A DNA stretch of 35,015 nucleotides from an uncultured bacterium (GTDB lineage Bacteria > Caldisericota > Caldisericia > B22-G15), in NCBI GenBank assembly GCA_965612865.1, contig CBFDTJ010000009.1:1-35015 (forward strand). The letters are read 5' to 3'. Below the pieces are notes generated by a model. That model saw only the letters and a list, made by a program, of their open reading frames with translations. It was not told the origin of the DNA and did no database searches. Below, one piece after another: positions 16,744 through 27,130 of this stretch (its first letter is position 1; every line of letters begins with the position of its first letter). Made by a program: the position numbers and the translations under genes.

Positions 16744-17937
16744 ATGTTTGATATTACAGAACAGTTAAAGATAATTAAAAAGGGAACCTTAGAGATAATC
16801 AACGAAGAGGAGCTTGTAGAGAAATTAAAAAGAGGTAAACCTCTTGTTGTAAAACTTGGTGTTGATCCTACTGCTCCAGATATACATCTTGGACACACTG
16901 TAGTTTTGAATAAATTGAGAGATTTTCAAAGACTTGGTCATCATGTGGTACTTATTATAGGAAGTGGAACTGCAATAATAGGTGATCCATCTGGTAGAGA
17001 TAAGGCAAGAAGTGGTCTTACTCCAGAACAAATTGAAAGGAATGCTAGATATTATAGCAAGCAGGCGTTTAAAATTCTGGATAAAGAAAAGACAGAGATA
17101 CGATACAATGGTGAGTGGCTTCTTCCTTTAAAAATGAGAGAGATTGTGGAACTTGCCTCCCATTTTACAATAGCAAGGATACTTGAAAGAGATGATTTTT
17201 TTAACAGGTATAAAAAGGGAGTTCCCATATATCTACATGAGTTTCTATATCCTGTCATGCAAGCATATGATTCAGTAGTAATAAAGGCAGATGTTGAGTT
17301 AGGAGGAAGCGATCAAAAATTTAATCTCCTGTTTGGTAGAGACCTTCAGAGAGATGTGGGTCAGGAACCTCAGATTGCAATTCTTATGCCAATACTTAGA
17401 GGAATTGATGGAGAAAAGAGAATGGGGAAGAGTCTTGGAAATTACATTGGAATAAATGATGCTCCAGAGGAGATGTTTGGAAAAGTTATGAGTATTCCAG
17501 ACCACCTTATAATTGAGTATTTTGAGCTTCTTACAGATAGAGATCCAGACGAGATTGAAGAATTTAAAGAAAGAATGGAGAAAGGAGAAAATCCCAGAGA
17601 TTTTAAGCTTCTTCTGGCTGAAGAGATTGTTTCAAGATTTCATTCAAAAGAGGATGCCAAAAGAGCAAGAGATAGTTTTATAAAAGTTTTCAGTAAAAAG
17701 GAGATACCAGAAGATATTCCCACTGTTGAAATTGTAGAGGACAAGATCAATCTTGTGGAGCTCTTAAAGGATCAAAATCTTGTATCTTCAAAAAGTGAAG
17801 CAAGAAGATTAATTTTGCAGGGGGGTATATCTATTGATGGAAAGAAGGTGAAACCTGAAGAGATTATGATAGATGTAAAGAATGGCATGATTATAAAAGT
17901 TGGGAAGAGAAGGTTTTTGAAGGTGATTAAGAAATGA
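16744..17937 (+). CDS. tyrS: Tyrosine-tRNA ligase
   Basis: GVDPTAPDIHLGH, YPVMQAYD, GGSDQ, RMGKS, C-terminal S4 domain. Confidence 0.98.
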   Translation: MFDITEQLKIIKKGTLEIINEEELVEKLKRGKPLVVKLGVDPTAPDIHLGHTVVLNKLRDFQRLGHHVVLIIGSGTAIIGDPSGRDKARSGLTPEQIERNARYYSKQAFKILDKEKTEIRYNGEWLLPLKMREIVELASHFTIARILERDDFFNRYKKGVPIYLHEFLYPVMQAYDSVVIKADVELGGSDQKFNLLFGRDLQRDVGQEPQIAILMPILRGIDGEKRMGKSLGNYIGINDAPEEMFGKVMSIPDHLIIEYFELLTDRDPDEIEEFKERMEKGENPRDFKLLLAEEIVSRFHSKEDAKRARDSFIKVFSKKEIPEDIPTVEIVEDKINLVELLKDQNLVSSKSEARRLILQGGISIDGKKVKPEEIMIDVKNGMIIKVGKRRFLKVIKK

Positions 17938-19205
17938 TAAAGGGTCCAAAGGGATGTCCTGATATCCTTCCAGGCAAAACAGAGGCACTGTATATTGTAA
18001 TTTCCTTCATAAGAGAAACTGTTGAAAATTTTGGTTATAGAGAGATTATAACCCCGGTTTTCGAACATAGAGAAATTTTTGAAAGAAGTGTTGGAGAGAA
18101 TACTGATATTGTGGAGAAAGAAATGTACACATTTAAAGATAAAGGAGGAAGAGATCTTTCCTTAAGACCTGAGGGCACAGCACCTGTGGTGAGGGCGTAT
18201 ATTGAGCATGGTATGAAATCTCTTCCGCAACCTGTGAAACTCTACTATTTTGGACCAATGTTCAGGTATGAGAGACCTCAAATGGGAAGACAAAGGCAGT
18301 TTTTCCATTTTGGAATTGAGGCTTTAGGTGATGAGAGTCCATATCTTGATGTGGAAGTCATAAATTTGGCTCTTATCATTTTAAAGAAACTTGGACTTAA
18401 AAACCTGAGCGTAAAGATAAACAGCATTGGATGTAAAAAATGTAGACCGAAATATAGAGAGGCCCTGAAAGAGTATCTAAAGCCAAGGTATGAGAAGCTA
18501 TGTGATGATTGTAAGAGAAGATTTTATTCCAATCCTCTAAGAATTCTTGATTGCAAAAAGGAATCATGTAAAAGAGAAACAGAAAATGCCCCAAGAATTA
18601 TAGATTTTCTGTGTGATGAATGCAGGGAGCATTTTGAGAAAGTTCTTGAACTCCTTGATATTCTCGGTGTTAAGTATGAGATTGACAATAGGCTTGTAAG
18701 AGGGCTTGACTACTATACAAGAACTGTATTTGAAATTCAATCAGGTGATTTGGGAGCTCAGAATGCAGTTCTTGGTGGTGGTAGATACGACGATCTTTCT
18801 GAAAGTATGGGAGGTAAGAAAACACCTGGTGTTGGATTTGCCATGGGGATAGAGAGATTAATGATTCTTCTTGAGAAAACTGGAAATTTGCCTTACAGAG
18901 AAAGAAAAACAATTTATATACTTCCCATTTCTGAAGCAGATTATATAGATGCATTCAAGTTATATATGGATTTAGGAGAAGAAGGAAGCAGTGTATTTAT
19001 TCCCTATAAACCTAAAAAACTAAAATCCGGTGTTACTGATGCAGTAAAGAGAAATGCATCTTATCTAATAATAGTGGGTGGAGAAGAAAGAGAAAGAGGA
19101 AATGTAATCTTGAAGGATTTATCAAGAAAAGTTCAGGAGGAGATTTCTCTCACAGATATCAAGGAAAGAATTAAACAATTGGAGGAGAGGAATGGAAAGA
19201 AGTAA
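17934..19205 (+). CDS. hisS: Histidine-tRNA ligase
   Basis: LRPEGTA, FRYERPQ, LVRGLDYYT, GGGRYD. Confidence 0.98.
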   Translation: MIKGPKGCPDILPGKTEALYIVISFIRETVENFGYREIITPVFEHREIFERSVGENTDIVEKEMYTFKDKGGRDLSLRPEGTAPVVRAYIEHGMKSLPQPVKLYYFGPMFRYERPQMGRQRQFFHFGIEALGDESPYLDVEVINLALIILKKLGLKNLSVKINSIGCKKCRPKYREALKEYLKPRYEKLCDDCKRRFYSNPLRILDCKKESCKRETENAPRIIDFLCDECREHFEKVLELLDILGVKYEIDNRLVRGLDYYTRTVFEIQSGDLGAQNAVLGGGRYDDLSESMGGKKTPGVGFAMGIERLMILLEKTGNLPYRERKTIYILPISEADYIDAFKLYMDLGEEGSSVFIPYKPKKLKSGVTDAVKRNASYLIIVGGEERERGNVILKDLSRKVQEEISLTDIKERIKQLEERNGKK

Positions 19206-20940
19206 GTATTGCGGTGAAGTAAATAAAAGTGACGTTGGTAAAAGACTAACACTTTTTGGATGGGTAAAGAATATAAGAGACCTTGGCGGTTTGACTTTTA
19301 TTGAATTAAGAGATAGAGCTGGTTTTGTTCAAATAGTTTTTGATCCAGAAAAGGATAAGGATCTTCACAAAAGAATCAAAGGAGTCGGTGTGGAGTGGGT
19401 TCTTAAAGTTGTTGGAACTGTCAGGGAAAGACCAAAAGAAAACATAAATGATAAAATTCCCACAGGTGAGGTAGAAGTTGTTGCTGAAGAGATGGAAGTG
19501 TTGAATAGATCAGAAGCGCTTCCATTTGAAATTGATTCGAGGAGTGAAATAAATGAGCTTTTAAGACTTAAGTATAGATATCTTGATATAAGAAGAGAAT
19601 TTATGAAGAGAAACATATATATTAGATCAAAAGCCACAAATGTTGTGAGGAATTTTCTAATAAGTGAGGGATTCTGGGAGGTGGAAACGCCTATACTCAC
19701 CAAGAGTACTCCTGAAGGAGCAAGAGATTTTCTTGTTCCTTCAAGAATATATCCTGGAAAATTCTATGCTCTTCCCCAATCTCCTCAGCTCTTCAAACAG
19801 ATACTCATGATTTCAGGTATAGACAGATACTTCCAGATTGCAAAGTGCTTTAGAGATGAAGATTTAAGAGCAGATAGACAACCAGAGTTTACACAAATTG
19901 ACATAGAGATGTCCTTTATCTCCGAAGATGACATTATGGATGTAGTTGAAAGAATGATCAAAAAAGTTTTTGAAGAAACATTGAATATTAGTATTCCGAT
20001 TCCTTTAAGGAGAATATCTTATTCTGAAGCGATGGAGAAGTATGGCTCAGATAAACCTGATCTGAGATTCTCACTTCCTATAACTGATTTTACAGATATT
20101 TTTTTAGATTCAGATTTTAAGTTGTTTAAAAATATAATAAAAGAAGGTGGAAGAATCAAAGGGTTTGTAATAAAAAATAGACTTCTATCAAGAAAAGAGT
20201 TAAAGGAGATAGAGGAAAAAATTAAAGACATTGGACTATCTGGTGTGATAGGTTATTCCATCTCTGATAAAGTTCCTTCAATTCTCACAAAGTTTATAAA
20301 TGAGGAGCAAAGGAACAAACTTAGAAATTTAGCCAGTGAAGGTGATACTATTCTATTGTTTGCAGGAAGGGACAATGAGTTTCTGGAATTACTTGGGAAG
20401 GTAAGATTATATCTTGGAGAGCTTTTTGGCATGATAGAAAAGGAAAAATTTGAGCTTCTATGGGTGACAAATTTCCCTCTCTTTGAATGGAATGAAGAGG
20501 AGAAAAGATGGGATTCAAAACACCATCCCTTTACTTCCCCTTCTCCTGAAACTGTTGAGTTACTGGATAAAGATCCTGGAAAAGTTTATTCCCGTGCCTA
20601 CGATTTTGTCATAAATGGCTATGAAATTGGTGGTGGAAGTATAAGAATTCATGATATGAATTTACAGAAGAAGATATTCAATCTTTTGGGTTACTCTGAT
20701 GAGGAGGTAGAGAATAGATTTGAGTTTTTCCTTCGTGCCTTAAGATATGGTGCTCCTCCTCATGGTGGTATTGCTCTCGGGCTTGATAGGTTAGTCATGC
20801 TCCTTTCAGGAGCTTCCAGTTTACGAGATGTGATTCCTTTTCCAAAAACACAGAAAGCCATATGCCCTCTGACGTCGGCACCCAGCGATGTTCAGGAGGA
20901 ACAACTCAAGGAATTAAAGATAAAGATTGAAGAGAAGTGA
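19192..20940 (+). CDS. aspS: Aspartate-tRNA ligase
   Basis: PEGARDF, LPQSPQLFKQ, FRDEDLRADRQPEFTQID, HHPFT, PPHGGIALGLDR. Confidence 0.98.
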   Translation: MERSKYCGEVNKSDVGKRLTLFGWVKNIRDLGGLTFIELRDRAGFVQIVFDPEKDKDLHKRIKGVGVEWVLKVVGTVRERPKENINDKIPTGEVEVVAEEMEVLNRSEALPFEIDSRSEINELLRLKYRYLDIRREFMKRNIYIRSKATNVVRNFLISEGFWEVETPILTKSTPEGARDFLVPSRIYPGKFYALPQSPQLFKQILMISGIDRYFQIAKCFRDEDLRADRQPEFTQIDIEMSFISEDDIMDVVERMIKKVFEETLNISIPIPLRRISYSEAMEKYGSDKPDLRFSLPITDFTDIFLDSDFKLFKNIIKEGGRIKGFVIKNRLLSRKELKEIEEKIKDIGLSGVIGYSISDKVPSILTKFINEEQRNKLRNLASEGDTILLFAGRDNEFLELLGKVRLYLGELFGMIEKEKFELLWVTNFPLFEWNEEEKRWDSKHHPFTSPSPETVELLDKDPGKVYSRAYDFVINGYEIGGGSIRIHDMNLQKKIFNLLGYSDEEVENRFEFFLRALRYGAPPHGGIALGLDRLVMLLSGASSLRDVIPFPKTQKAICPLTSAPSDVQEEQLKELKIKIEEK

Positions 20941-20955
20941 AAGGAAATGTATAAT
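20927..20955 (+). promoter_or_regulatory. Internal sigma70 promoter, probably giving a leaderless cca mRNA
   Basis: TTGAAG (20927-32), 17-bp spacer, TATAAT (20950-55); 7 nt separate the -10 box from ATG 20963. Confidence 0.6.
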
Positions 20956-20962
20956 TTAATTG

Positions 20963-23566
20963 ATGAATTTAATTGTTACACACAGATCAGCGGATTTTGA
21001 TGCATTAGCATCCCTTGTTCTTGCTGGAAAAATATTTCCAGATTCTGTACTTTTACTACCTACATTATCTTCACCTGTTTATTCCTTTTTCTCAATATAC
21101 GGAACATTATTTGATAACATAAAGCCAAAGAAAAAGATAGATTTGGAAAAGATAGATAAGATTATTGTAGTTGATACTCAGTACCCGGACAGACTCGGAT
21201 CAATAGGTGATTTTGTTAAAAATTTTCCAAAAGTTGTGGTGATAGACCATCATGAACTAGATTCAACTGCTTTACCTCAAGCTAAAAAGATAATAAAGAT
21301 AGTTGGAGCTACAACCTCAATAATTGCTCATATGCTTAAGAACAAGAGGATAGAATTAAATTCCATTGAGGCAAGTCTTGGTGCCCTTGGAATATATGAA
21401 GATACAGGGAATCTTACATTCTTAACGACTAAAAAATATGATATGGAGGCTTTAAGCTATCTATTCAACTTTGGTGTTGATCTAACAATGGTTTCCAAGT
21501 ATGCAATGACATATATGAATGTTATACAGAAAAAGGCATTTGAAAAACTCCTGTTTGCTCTTAAGATAAAAACCATAAATGGTTATAGAGTTGGGATTTC
21601 AGAGGTTGTGCTGGAAGAGTATGTTGAAGGGATGGGTTTTTTAACTCATAAACTTCTTGAGCTTTTTGATCTCAGTGCAGTGTTCATAATTTTGAAATCC
21701 ATAGAAAAAAAGAGAGCGGTTATAATAGCGAGGAGTAAAACTGTTGAAGTGGATGTAAGAAAAATACTTGCTCCTTATGGAGGGGCAGGACATAAGACAG
21801 CCTCCTCTGCAAATTTTGAGATTAAGGAAGACGAGATCTTGACTGATAAGATAGTTAAATTGGTGGAGGAGAACACTTCAAAGAGAATTCTTGCTAAGGA
21901 TATAATGAGTTCCCCGGTAAAGACTGTAAGCGAGAAGAGTACTCTTGATGAAGCAAGAAAGATTATGTTAAGATACGGGTTTTCTGCTCTTCCGGTGGTT
22001 AAAAAAGAAAAGATTACAGGAATACTTTTAAGAAAGGATCTTGAAAGGATGGAACTTCATGGGCTTACAAACCTTAAAGTAAAAGACTTTATGAAAAAGA
22101 GTATAGTTATTGTATCTCCCGAGACTCCTCTTGAAGAAATTGAAAAGATAATGATTGAGGGAAATGTTGGCAGGATTCCTGTTGTGGTTAAGGGAAAGAT
22201 AGTAGGAATAATTGCAAGAAGTGATATATTAAGAGCTATATATCCTGAAATAAACAAAGTTATCTTTCCAGTAGAGAGGGATTATATAATTGATCTATTG
22301 GAAAGAAATGTACCCTCAAGAATAGCAAAAAGATTTAAGGAGATAGGTAAAATTGCTGAAGGTCTTAATATGAAAGCTTATCTTGTAGGTGGCTTTGTAA
22401 GAGACTTGCTTTTAAAGAGAAAGGTAGAGGATATAGATATAGTAGTGGAAGGAGATGCCATAATTCTTGCAAGAAAGATAAAGGAAGAATTTAAAGCAAA
22501 GATATTTATACATCCAGATTTTAAGACTGCAAAGGTTGTATTTGATGATGAAGTAAAGATTGATATAGCTTCTTCAAGGAGAGAATACTATAAGGAGCCA
22601 GCTGCTCTTCCAAAAATAGAGTGGGCAAGTTTAAAGGAGGATCTTGCAAGAAGGGATTTTACAATAAATACTCTGGCGATATCTTTAAATCCTAATGAAT
22701 TCGGTCTTCTAATAGATTTGTTTGGTGGGATAAAAGATTTAAAGGAAAGAAAGATAAAGGTGCTCCACAATTTTAGCTTTATAGAAGATCCTACAAGGAT
22801 ATTGAGGGCAATTAGATATGCCACAAAACTCGGCTTTGTTATAGAGGATGATACGATAGATTTGATGAGAAATACAATGAAAACAGGACTCTTTACAGAC
22901 TCAAGAAATACAAGAATGAAAGAAGAATTTTTCACCATATTAAGAGATAAAACTATAACTATTCCAGCTTTAAGAATACTTAAATCCCTTGACGGCTTCA
23001 AGTGCATTCATAGAAAGCTTAAATACACTGAGAGGACAGAAAAATTAATTAAAGAGGCTGAAAAGTTGATGAGAAAAATGGAGAGGGAGGTAGTTCTTTT
23101 TGAAAGAGATAAGATTATACTTTTCCTTTTAATTTCTGAACTCAATGATTTTGAAAGGAAAGAGGTTATAAAGAGATGGTGTATGAAAGAGAATTTTATA
23201 AATAAAGAGTCTTACTATTCTGATAAACAGAATGAACTTAAGGAGACTGAAGAGGCCTATTCCATTTATAGAATCCTCGAACCCCTTACTTTAGAGGAGA
23301 TAGTTTATCTTTATGCTAAAGGAGATAAAGAGATAAAGAATAAAATTGAAAAATACCTGTTTGAGTTAAGGAAACGAAAGCTTCATATCGGGGGAAAGGA
23401 TTTATTGAAACTTGGAATGAAACCATCCCCAGAGTTTAGTAGAATTTTAAGGATAGTAAGAAGATATGTAATAGAAGGTAAATTAAAAACTAAAAAGGAC
23501 GAACTTAATTTTGTAAAAACTTTGTTAGAGAAAGGAGAAAGGCATGTTTTTGAAAAAACTACTTGA
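20963..23566 (+). CDS. cca: tRNA nucleotidyltransferase (CCA- or A-adding) with N-terminal DHH/DHHA1 and CBS-pair domains
   Basis: THRSADFDA, IDHH, GGAGH; two CBS repeats; VGGFVRD, DIDIVV, EDLARRDFTIN, EDPTRILR. Confidence 0.9.
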   Translation: MNLIVTHRSADFDALASLVLAGKIFPDSVLLLPTLSSPVYSFFSIYGTLFDNIKPKKKIDLEKIDKIIVVDTQYPDRLGSIGDFVKNFPKVVVIDHHELDSTALPQAKKIIKIVGATTSIIAHMLKNKRIELNSIEASLGALGIYEDTGNLTFLTTKKYDMEALSYLFNFGVDLTMVSKYAMTYMNVIQKKAFEKLLFALKIKTINGYRVGISEVVLEEYVEGMGFLTHKLLELFDLSAVFIILKSIEKKRAVIIARSKTVEVDVRKILAPYGGAGHKTASSANFEIKEDEILTDKIVKLVEENTSKRILAKDIMSSPVKTVSEKSTLDEARKIMLRYGFSALPVVKKEKITGILLRKDLERMELHGLTNLKVKDFMKKSIVIVSPETPLEEIEKIMIEGNVGRIPVVVKGKIVGIIARSDILRAIYPEINKVIFPVERDYIIDLLERNVPSRIAKRFKEIGKIAEGLNMKAYLVGGFVRDLLLKRKVEDIDIVVEGDAIILARKIKEEFKAKIFIHPDFKTAKVVFDDEVKIDIASSRREYYKEPAALPKIEWASLKEDLARRDFTINTLAISLNPNEFGLLIDLFGGIKDLKERKIKVLHNFSFIEDPTRILRAIRYATKLGFVIEDDTIDLMRNTMKTGLFTDSRNTRMKEEFFTILRDKTITIPALRILKSLDGFKCIHRKLKYTERTEKLIKEAEKLMRKMEREVVLFERDKIILFLLISELNDFERKEVIKRWCMKENFINKESYYSDKQNELKETEEAYSIYRILEPLTLEEIVYLYAKGDKEIKNKIEKYLFELRKRKLHIGGKDLLKLGMKPSPEFSRILRIVRRYVIEGKLKTKKDELNFVKTLLEKGERHVFEKTT

Positions 23567-24188
23567 GCTTCTATTCATTTTACCTACCATAATCATTGCA
23601 GTTATTATTCATGAATATGCACATGGATGGGCTGCATATAAATTGGGTGATGAAACTCCAAAGAGAAGTGGGAGATTAACCCTGGATCCACTGAAACACA
23701 TTGATCCTATAGGCACAATTCTTGTTCCAATACTACTTCTTATAACATCCAACTTTACTTTTACATTTGGATGGGCTAAGCCAGTTCCAGTTAACTTTTT
23801 AAGATTTAGAAATCTTAGAAAGGGGCTTATTCTGGTTTCCCTTGCTGGACCTCTATCAAATCTTCTCCTTGCTTTAGTATTTGCTTTAATCTATAGATTT
23901 CTTGTTTTTCCATTTCCAGCATTTTCTTCTTCGTATCTGGAATTTTTTACAAGGTATATGGTAATAATAAACTCTGTTCTTGCAATATTTAACCTGATAC
24001 CCATTCCACCTCTCGACGGATCAAAGATTTTATATGGAATATTTTTGAAGTACCCACAGGATGTTCTTATGAATCCAAAGATTGATATGTACGGGATGAT
24101 TATTCTTGTTATACTTCTCTTCTTTGGAGTGATAGGAAAGATTATAAGTCCGATTTTAACATGGCTAATATACCTACTTCTCTGGTAA
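23544..24188 (+). CDS. Site-2 protease (peptidase M50) family membrane metalloprotease
   Basis: HEYAH, AGPLSN, NLIPIPPLDG; hydrophobic; SD aaggag. Confidence 0.93.
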   Translation: MFLKKLLELLFILPTIIIAVIIHEYAHGWAAYKLGDETPKRSGRLTLDPLKHIDPIGTILVPILLLITSNFTFTFGWAKPVPVNFLRFRNLRKGLILVSLAGPLSNLLLALVFALIYRFLVFPFPAFSSSYLEFFTRYMVIINSVLAIFNLIPIPPLDGSKILYGIFLKYPQDVLMNPKIDMYGMIILVILLFFGVIGKIISPILTWLIYLLLW

Positions 24189-25303
24189 GCAAGAAAAAGA
24201 AAAAAGCTGTACTTATAGGAACGATAACTGGAAAGTTCAGCCAGTTCTTACCAGAGGAAACTCTGGAAGAACTTGATCTTCTTGTAAGGACCCTGGGTAT
24301 AGAGGTGGTATTTAAAACTTTAAAAAGACTTAGAGAGATCAACCCTGCTTATTTTATCGGTAAGGGGGCACTCATGGAGATTTCCAGTCTGGCAAAGGAT
24401 AAGGGGGCAGAATATCTTATTTTTGATGAAAAACTTTCCTATTCTCAAATAAGAAACATAGCGAATTTAACTAACCTATTTGTTCTTGACAGACCCCATG
24501 TAATAATTGAAATTTTTGAGAAGAGAGCAAAAACAAGAGAAGCTAAAATCCAGGTGGAGCTTGCAAGGCTCAAGATGGAACTTCCAGCCATTGTTGGTAT
24601 AGGGAGAAGCCTTGATCAACAGATGGGAATTGTTGGAATAAGGGGTGGTCCTGGAGAAAAGTATAGAGAATTGAAGAGAAGAACTGTGGAGAAAAAGATA
24701 AAACAACTGGAAAAACAACTTACTTTGATAAAGAAAAGAAGAATTACAAGGAGGAAATTAAGAAACAGAAGTGGTATTCCTATAGTGTCAATAGTTGGTT
24801 ATACCAATGCAGGAAAGACCACTCTTTTCAACGCAATTACTTCAGAGAAGGCATATACGGAGAATATGCTCTTTGCTACCCTTGATACCCTTGTAAGGAA
24901 GTCATATCTTAAAGGTCTTGGGAAGGAAATAATTTTTGTCGATACCGTTGGTTTTATCCAGAAACTTCCACCCATTCTCATTTCCTCTTTTAGATCTACG
25001 CTTGAAGAGATTAACGATTCTGATTTGATACTTCTTACAGTGGATGCATCAAATATATCTTATAGGAAACATATAGAAACTGTAAGGAAAATTCTTAGAG
25101 AAATTTTAATAAGAGATATACCCATAATAATTGTCTATAACAAAATTGACCTTTTAGAAGGATTCCAAATAGAGAAACTAAAAAGTGGAGATCCAGAGGG
25201 AGTCTTTGTGTCAGCTCTAAAGGGCTATGGAATAGAAAAACTGAAGGAAAGAATAACTCAGCTACTTTCTGGCATCAACTCAAATGCATTTAAAGAAGCT
25301 TAA
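24161..25303 (+). CDS. hflX: Ribosome-splitting GTPase HflX
   Basis: EAKIQVELA, GPGE, GYTNAGKTT, LFATLD, DTVGFI, NKID. Start position uncertain. Confidence 0.95.
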   Translation: MANIPTSLVSKKKKKAVLIGTITGKFSQFLPEETLEELDLLVRTLGIEVVFKTLKRLREINPAYFIGKGALMEISSLAKDKGAEYLIFDEKLSYSQIRNIANLTNLFVLDRPHVIIEIFEKRAKTREAKIQVELARLKMELPAIVGIGRSLDQQMGIVGIRGGPGEKYRELKRRTVEKKIKQLEKQLTLIKKRRITRRKLRNRSGIPIVSIVGYTNAGKTTLFNAITSEKAYTENMLFATLDTLVRKSYLKGLGKEIIFVDTVGFIQKLPPILISSFRSTLEEINDSDLILLTVDASNISYRKHIETVRKILREILIRDIPIIIVYNKIDLLEGFQIEKLKSGDPEGVFVSALKGYGIEKLKERITQLLSGINSNAFKEA

Positions 25304-25305
25304 CT

Positions 25306-26595
25306 TTACGGAGTATAAAGACCAGCTTTAACAGGTATCCATAAGCTTAGCTGAGGGAAGAATGTGAGTATAATTAGACCAACAACTGCGGCAATAACAA
25401 AAATCCATACTTCTCGAGAGAGTCTATCAAGGCTACTTTTTATCAAATTTGCTGCAACATAGAGATTTACAGCTACAGGTGGTGTGATCTGGCCAATGGC
25501 AAGGGCAACTACAAATATCACTCCAAAGAAGAGAGGATCTATGTGGAAGTGTGCAAGAACAGGCATCAATATAGGCATGAAGACATAGGTTATTGAAATC
25601 GCATCAAGGAACATACCTGCGATAATGACAACGAGGTCTGTAAGAAGCAATACAACTATAGGAGATTTTGAGACTGACACAATAAATCTTGCGGAGGTGT
25701 CTATAACACCTAAGGTAGCTGCTGCCCATGAGAATATACCAGCAAATGTTACAACAAACATTACAACAGAGGAGGTAACAGCAGTATTAACGAGTGCTTC
25801 ATAAAGTGATTTTAAGTCAAGAGTTTTATATACAAAGAATCCCACAAATAAACTATAAAATACAGCAATTACTGCTGCCTCTGTAGGTGTAGCAACACCT
25901 GCATAGATTCCACCAAGTATAATCACAGGTGCAAGTAATGCCCAAAAAGCATCCTTTAGTGCAATAAGAATTTCCTTGAGGCTGCCTCTTCTTGTTGTAC
26001 CGTGATAATTTCTCTTCTTCGAAACATAATAGGCGCCTCCTATGAGAGATAGTCCTATAATTATACCCGGGATGATACCGCCAAGGAATAGAGCACCCAC
26101 AGATACACCAGTAACATTACCATATATTATGAATGCTATACTTGGTGGAATAACAATTGCAAGTCCACTGGCTGCAGCTATGGTTGTTGCAGCAAAGTAT
26201 GAACTGTAACCCTGAGCAACCATAGGTGTTATTAGTATGAGTCCAATAGCAGCAGTAGTTGCTGGTCCTGAACCAGATACAGCACCCCAGAACATTGCAG
26301 TTACTATAGCTGCTATTGCAAGGCCACCTGTAGCTTTACCAACAATTAATGTTGCAAGATCTGCAATCTTTTTTGCAAGCTTTGCCTTCTCCATAATGAT
26401 ACCGGCGAGAACAAAGAAAGGGATGGCTATAAGTGGGAATTTGGCTATTCCTGCTGCGAAGTTTCTTGAGAGCATATCAAGTCCAAGATGGTACTTCCAT
26501 ATGGCAAGAACTGCAGCTATTCCAATTGAAGTCCCAATTGGTACACCAAATATCAAAAGTAAGAAAAAAACTCCAAATAATAAAAGGATGGCCAT
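25306..26595 (-). CDS. dctM: TRAP transporter large permease
   Basis: LIAIPFF, SGSGPA, IVIPPSI, TPTEAA, ITPPVA. Confidence 0.95.
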   Translation of the reverse strand: MAILLLFGVFFLLLIFGVPIGTSIGIAAVLAIWKYHLGLDMLSRNFAAGIAKFPLIAIPFFVLAGIIMEKAKLAKKIADLATLIVGKATGGLAIAAIVTAMFWGAVSGSGPATTAAIGLILITPMVAQGYSSYFAATTIAAASGLAIVIPPSIAFIIYGNVTGVSVGALFLGGIIPGIIIGLSLIGGAYYVSKKRNYHGTTRRGSLKEILIALKDAFWALLAPVIILGGIYAGVATPTEAAVIAVFYSLFVGFFVYKTLDLKSLYEALVNTAVTSSVVMFVVTFAGIFSWAAATLGVIDTSARFIVSVSKSPIVVLLLTDLVVIIAGMFLDAISITYVFMPILMPVLAHFHIDPLFFGVIFVVALAIGQITPPVAVNLYVAANLIKSSLDRLSREVWIFVIAAVVGLIILTFFPQLSLWIPVKAGLYTP

Positions 26596-27077
26596 TACTT
26601 CCCTCCCTTATCTATATTCTTTATCTCTCTTAAAGTAGATTGAAAAATTCTTATAAATATAAAGACAGAAAAGATAGGAATTCCAATTGTGTATACCCAG
26701 AATGGGATACCCAATGCTTCACTTGTTGCATGAAACAGAGTTATATCTTGATATATCTCCTTAATTGCATATATATTGACAAGGAGAAATAGAATGGTTG
26801 ATAAAAGTCCAGAAATTATGGCTACACCTTTTCTAATTCTCTTCGGTAATTTTTTGTACAAAGTAACCATTCCAAGGTGAGACCCTCTTTCAAATGCTAT
26901 TGCAATACCTATCACAGTGACCCATATGAATAAATTGACCTCTATCTCCTCAGTAAATGCAAATGAAAAGTGAAAAATGTATCTACTTAAAACATTTATA
27001 AAAGCAATTGTTGCCATGACAAAGACCATTATGGCAACCAACAATTCCTCTATCTTAAGTTTCTTCTTTCCTTCCAT
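26595..27077 (-). CDS. dctQ: TRAP transporter small permease
   Basis: Four hydrophobic segments; NVLSRY, FTEE; lies between dctP and dctM. Confidence 0.92.
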   Translation of the reverse strand: MEGKKKLKIEELLVAIMVFVMATIAFINVLSRYIFHFSFAFTEEIEVNLFIWVTVIGIAIAFERGSHLGMVTLYKKLPKRIRKGVAIISGLLSTILFLLVNIYAIKEIYQDITLFHATSEALGIPFWVYTIGIPIFSVFIFIRIFQSTLREIKNIDKGGK

Positions 27078-27102
27078 TTTTTCTCACCTTCCTTTAAAAC
27101 AG

Positions 27103-27127
27103 AAAAAGGGGGAGAAACTCCCCCTTT
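27103..27127 (-). terminator. Stem-loop between dctP and dctQ (partial terminator or mRNA stabiliser)
   Basis: Minus strand AAAGGGGGAG-TTT-CTCCCCCTTTTT, 3 nt after the dctP stop. Confidence 0.8.
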
Positions 27128-27130
27128 AAC

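Noticed and set aside
18420..18640. Four Cys pairs in HisRS as a novel metal domain
   Set aside because: Cys-rich insertion domains are common in HisRS of anaerobic bacteria.
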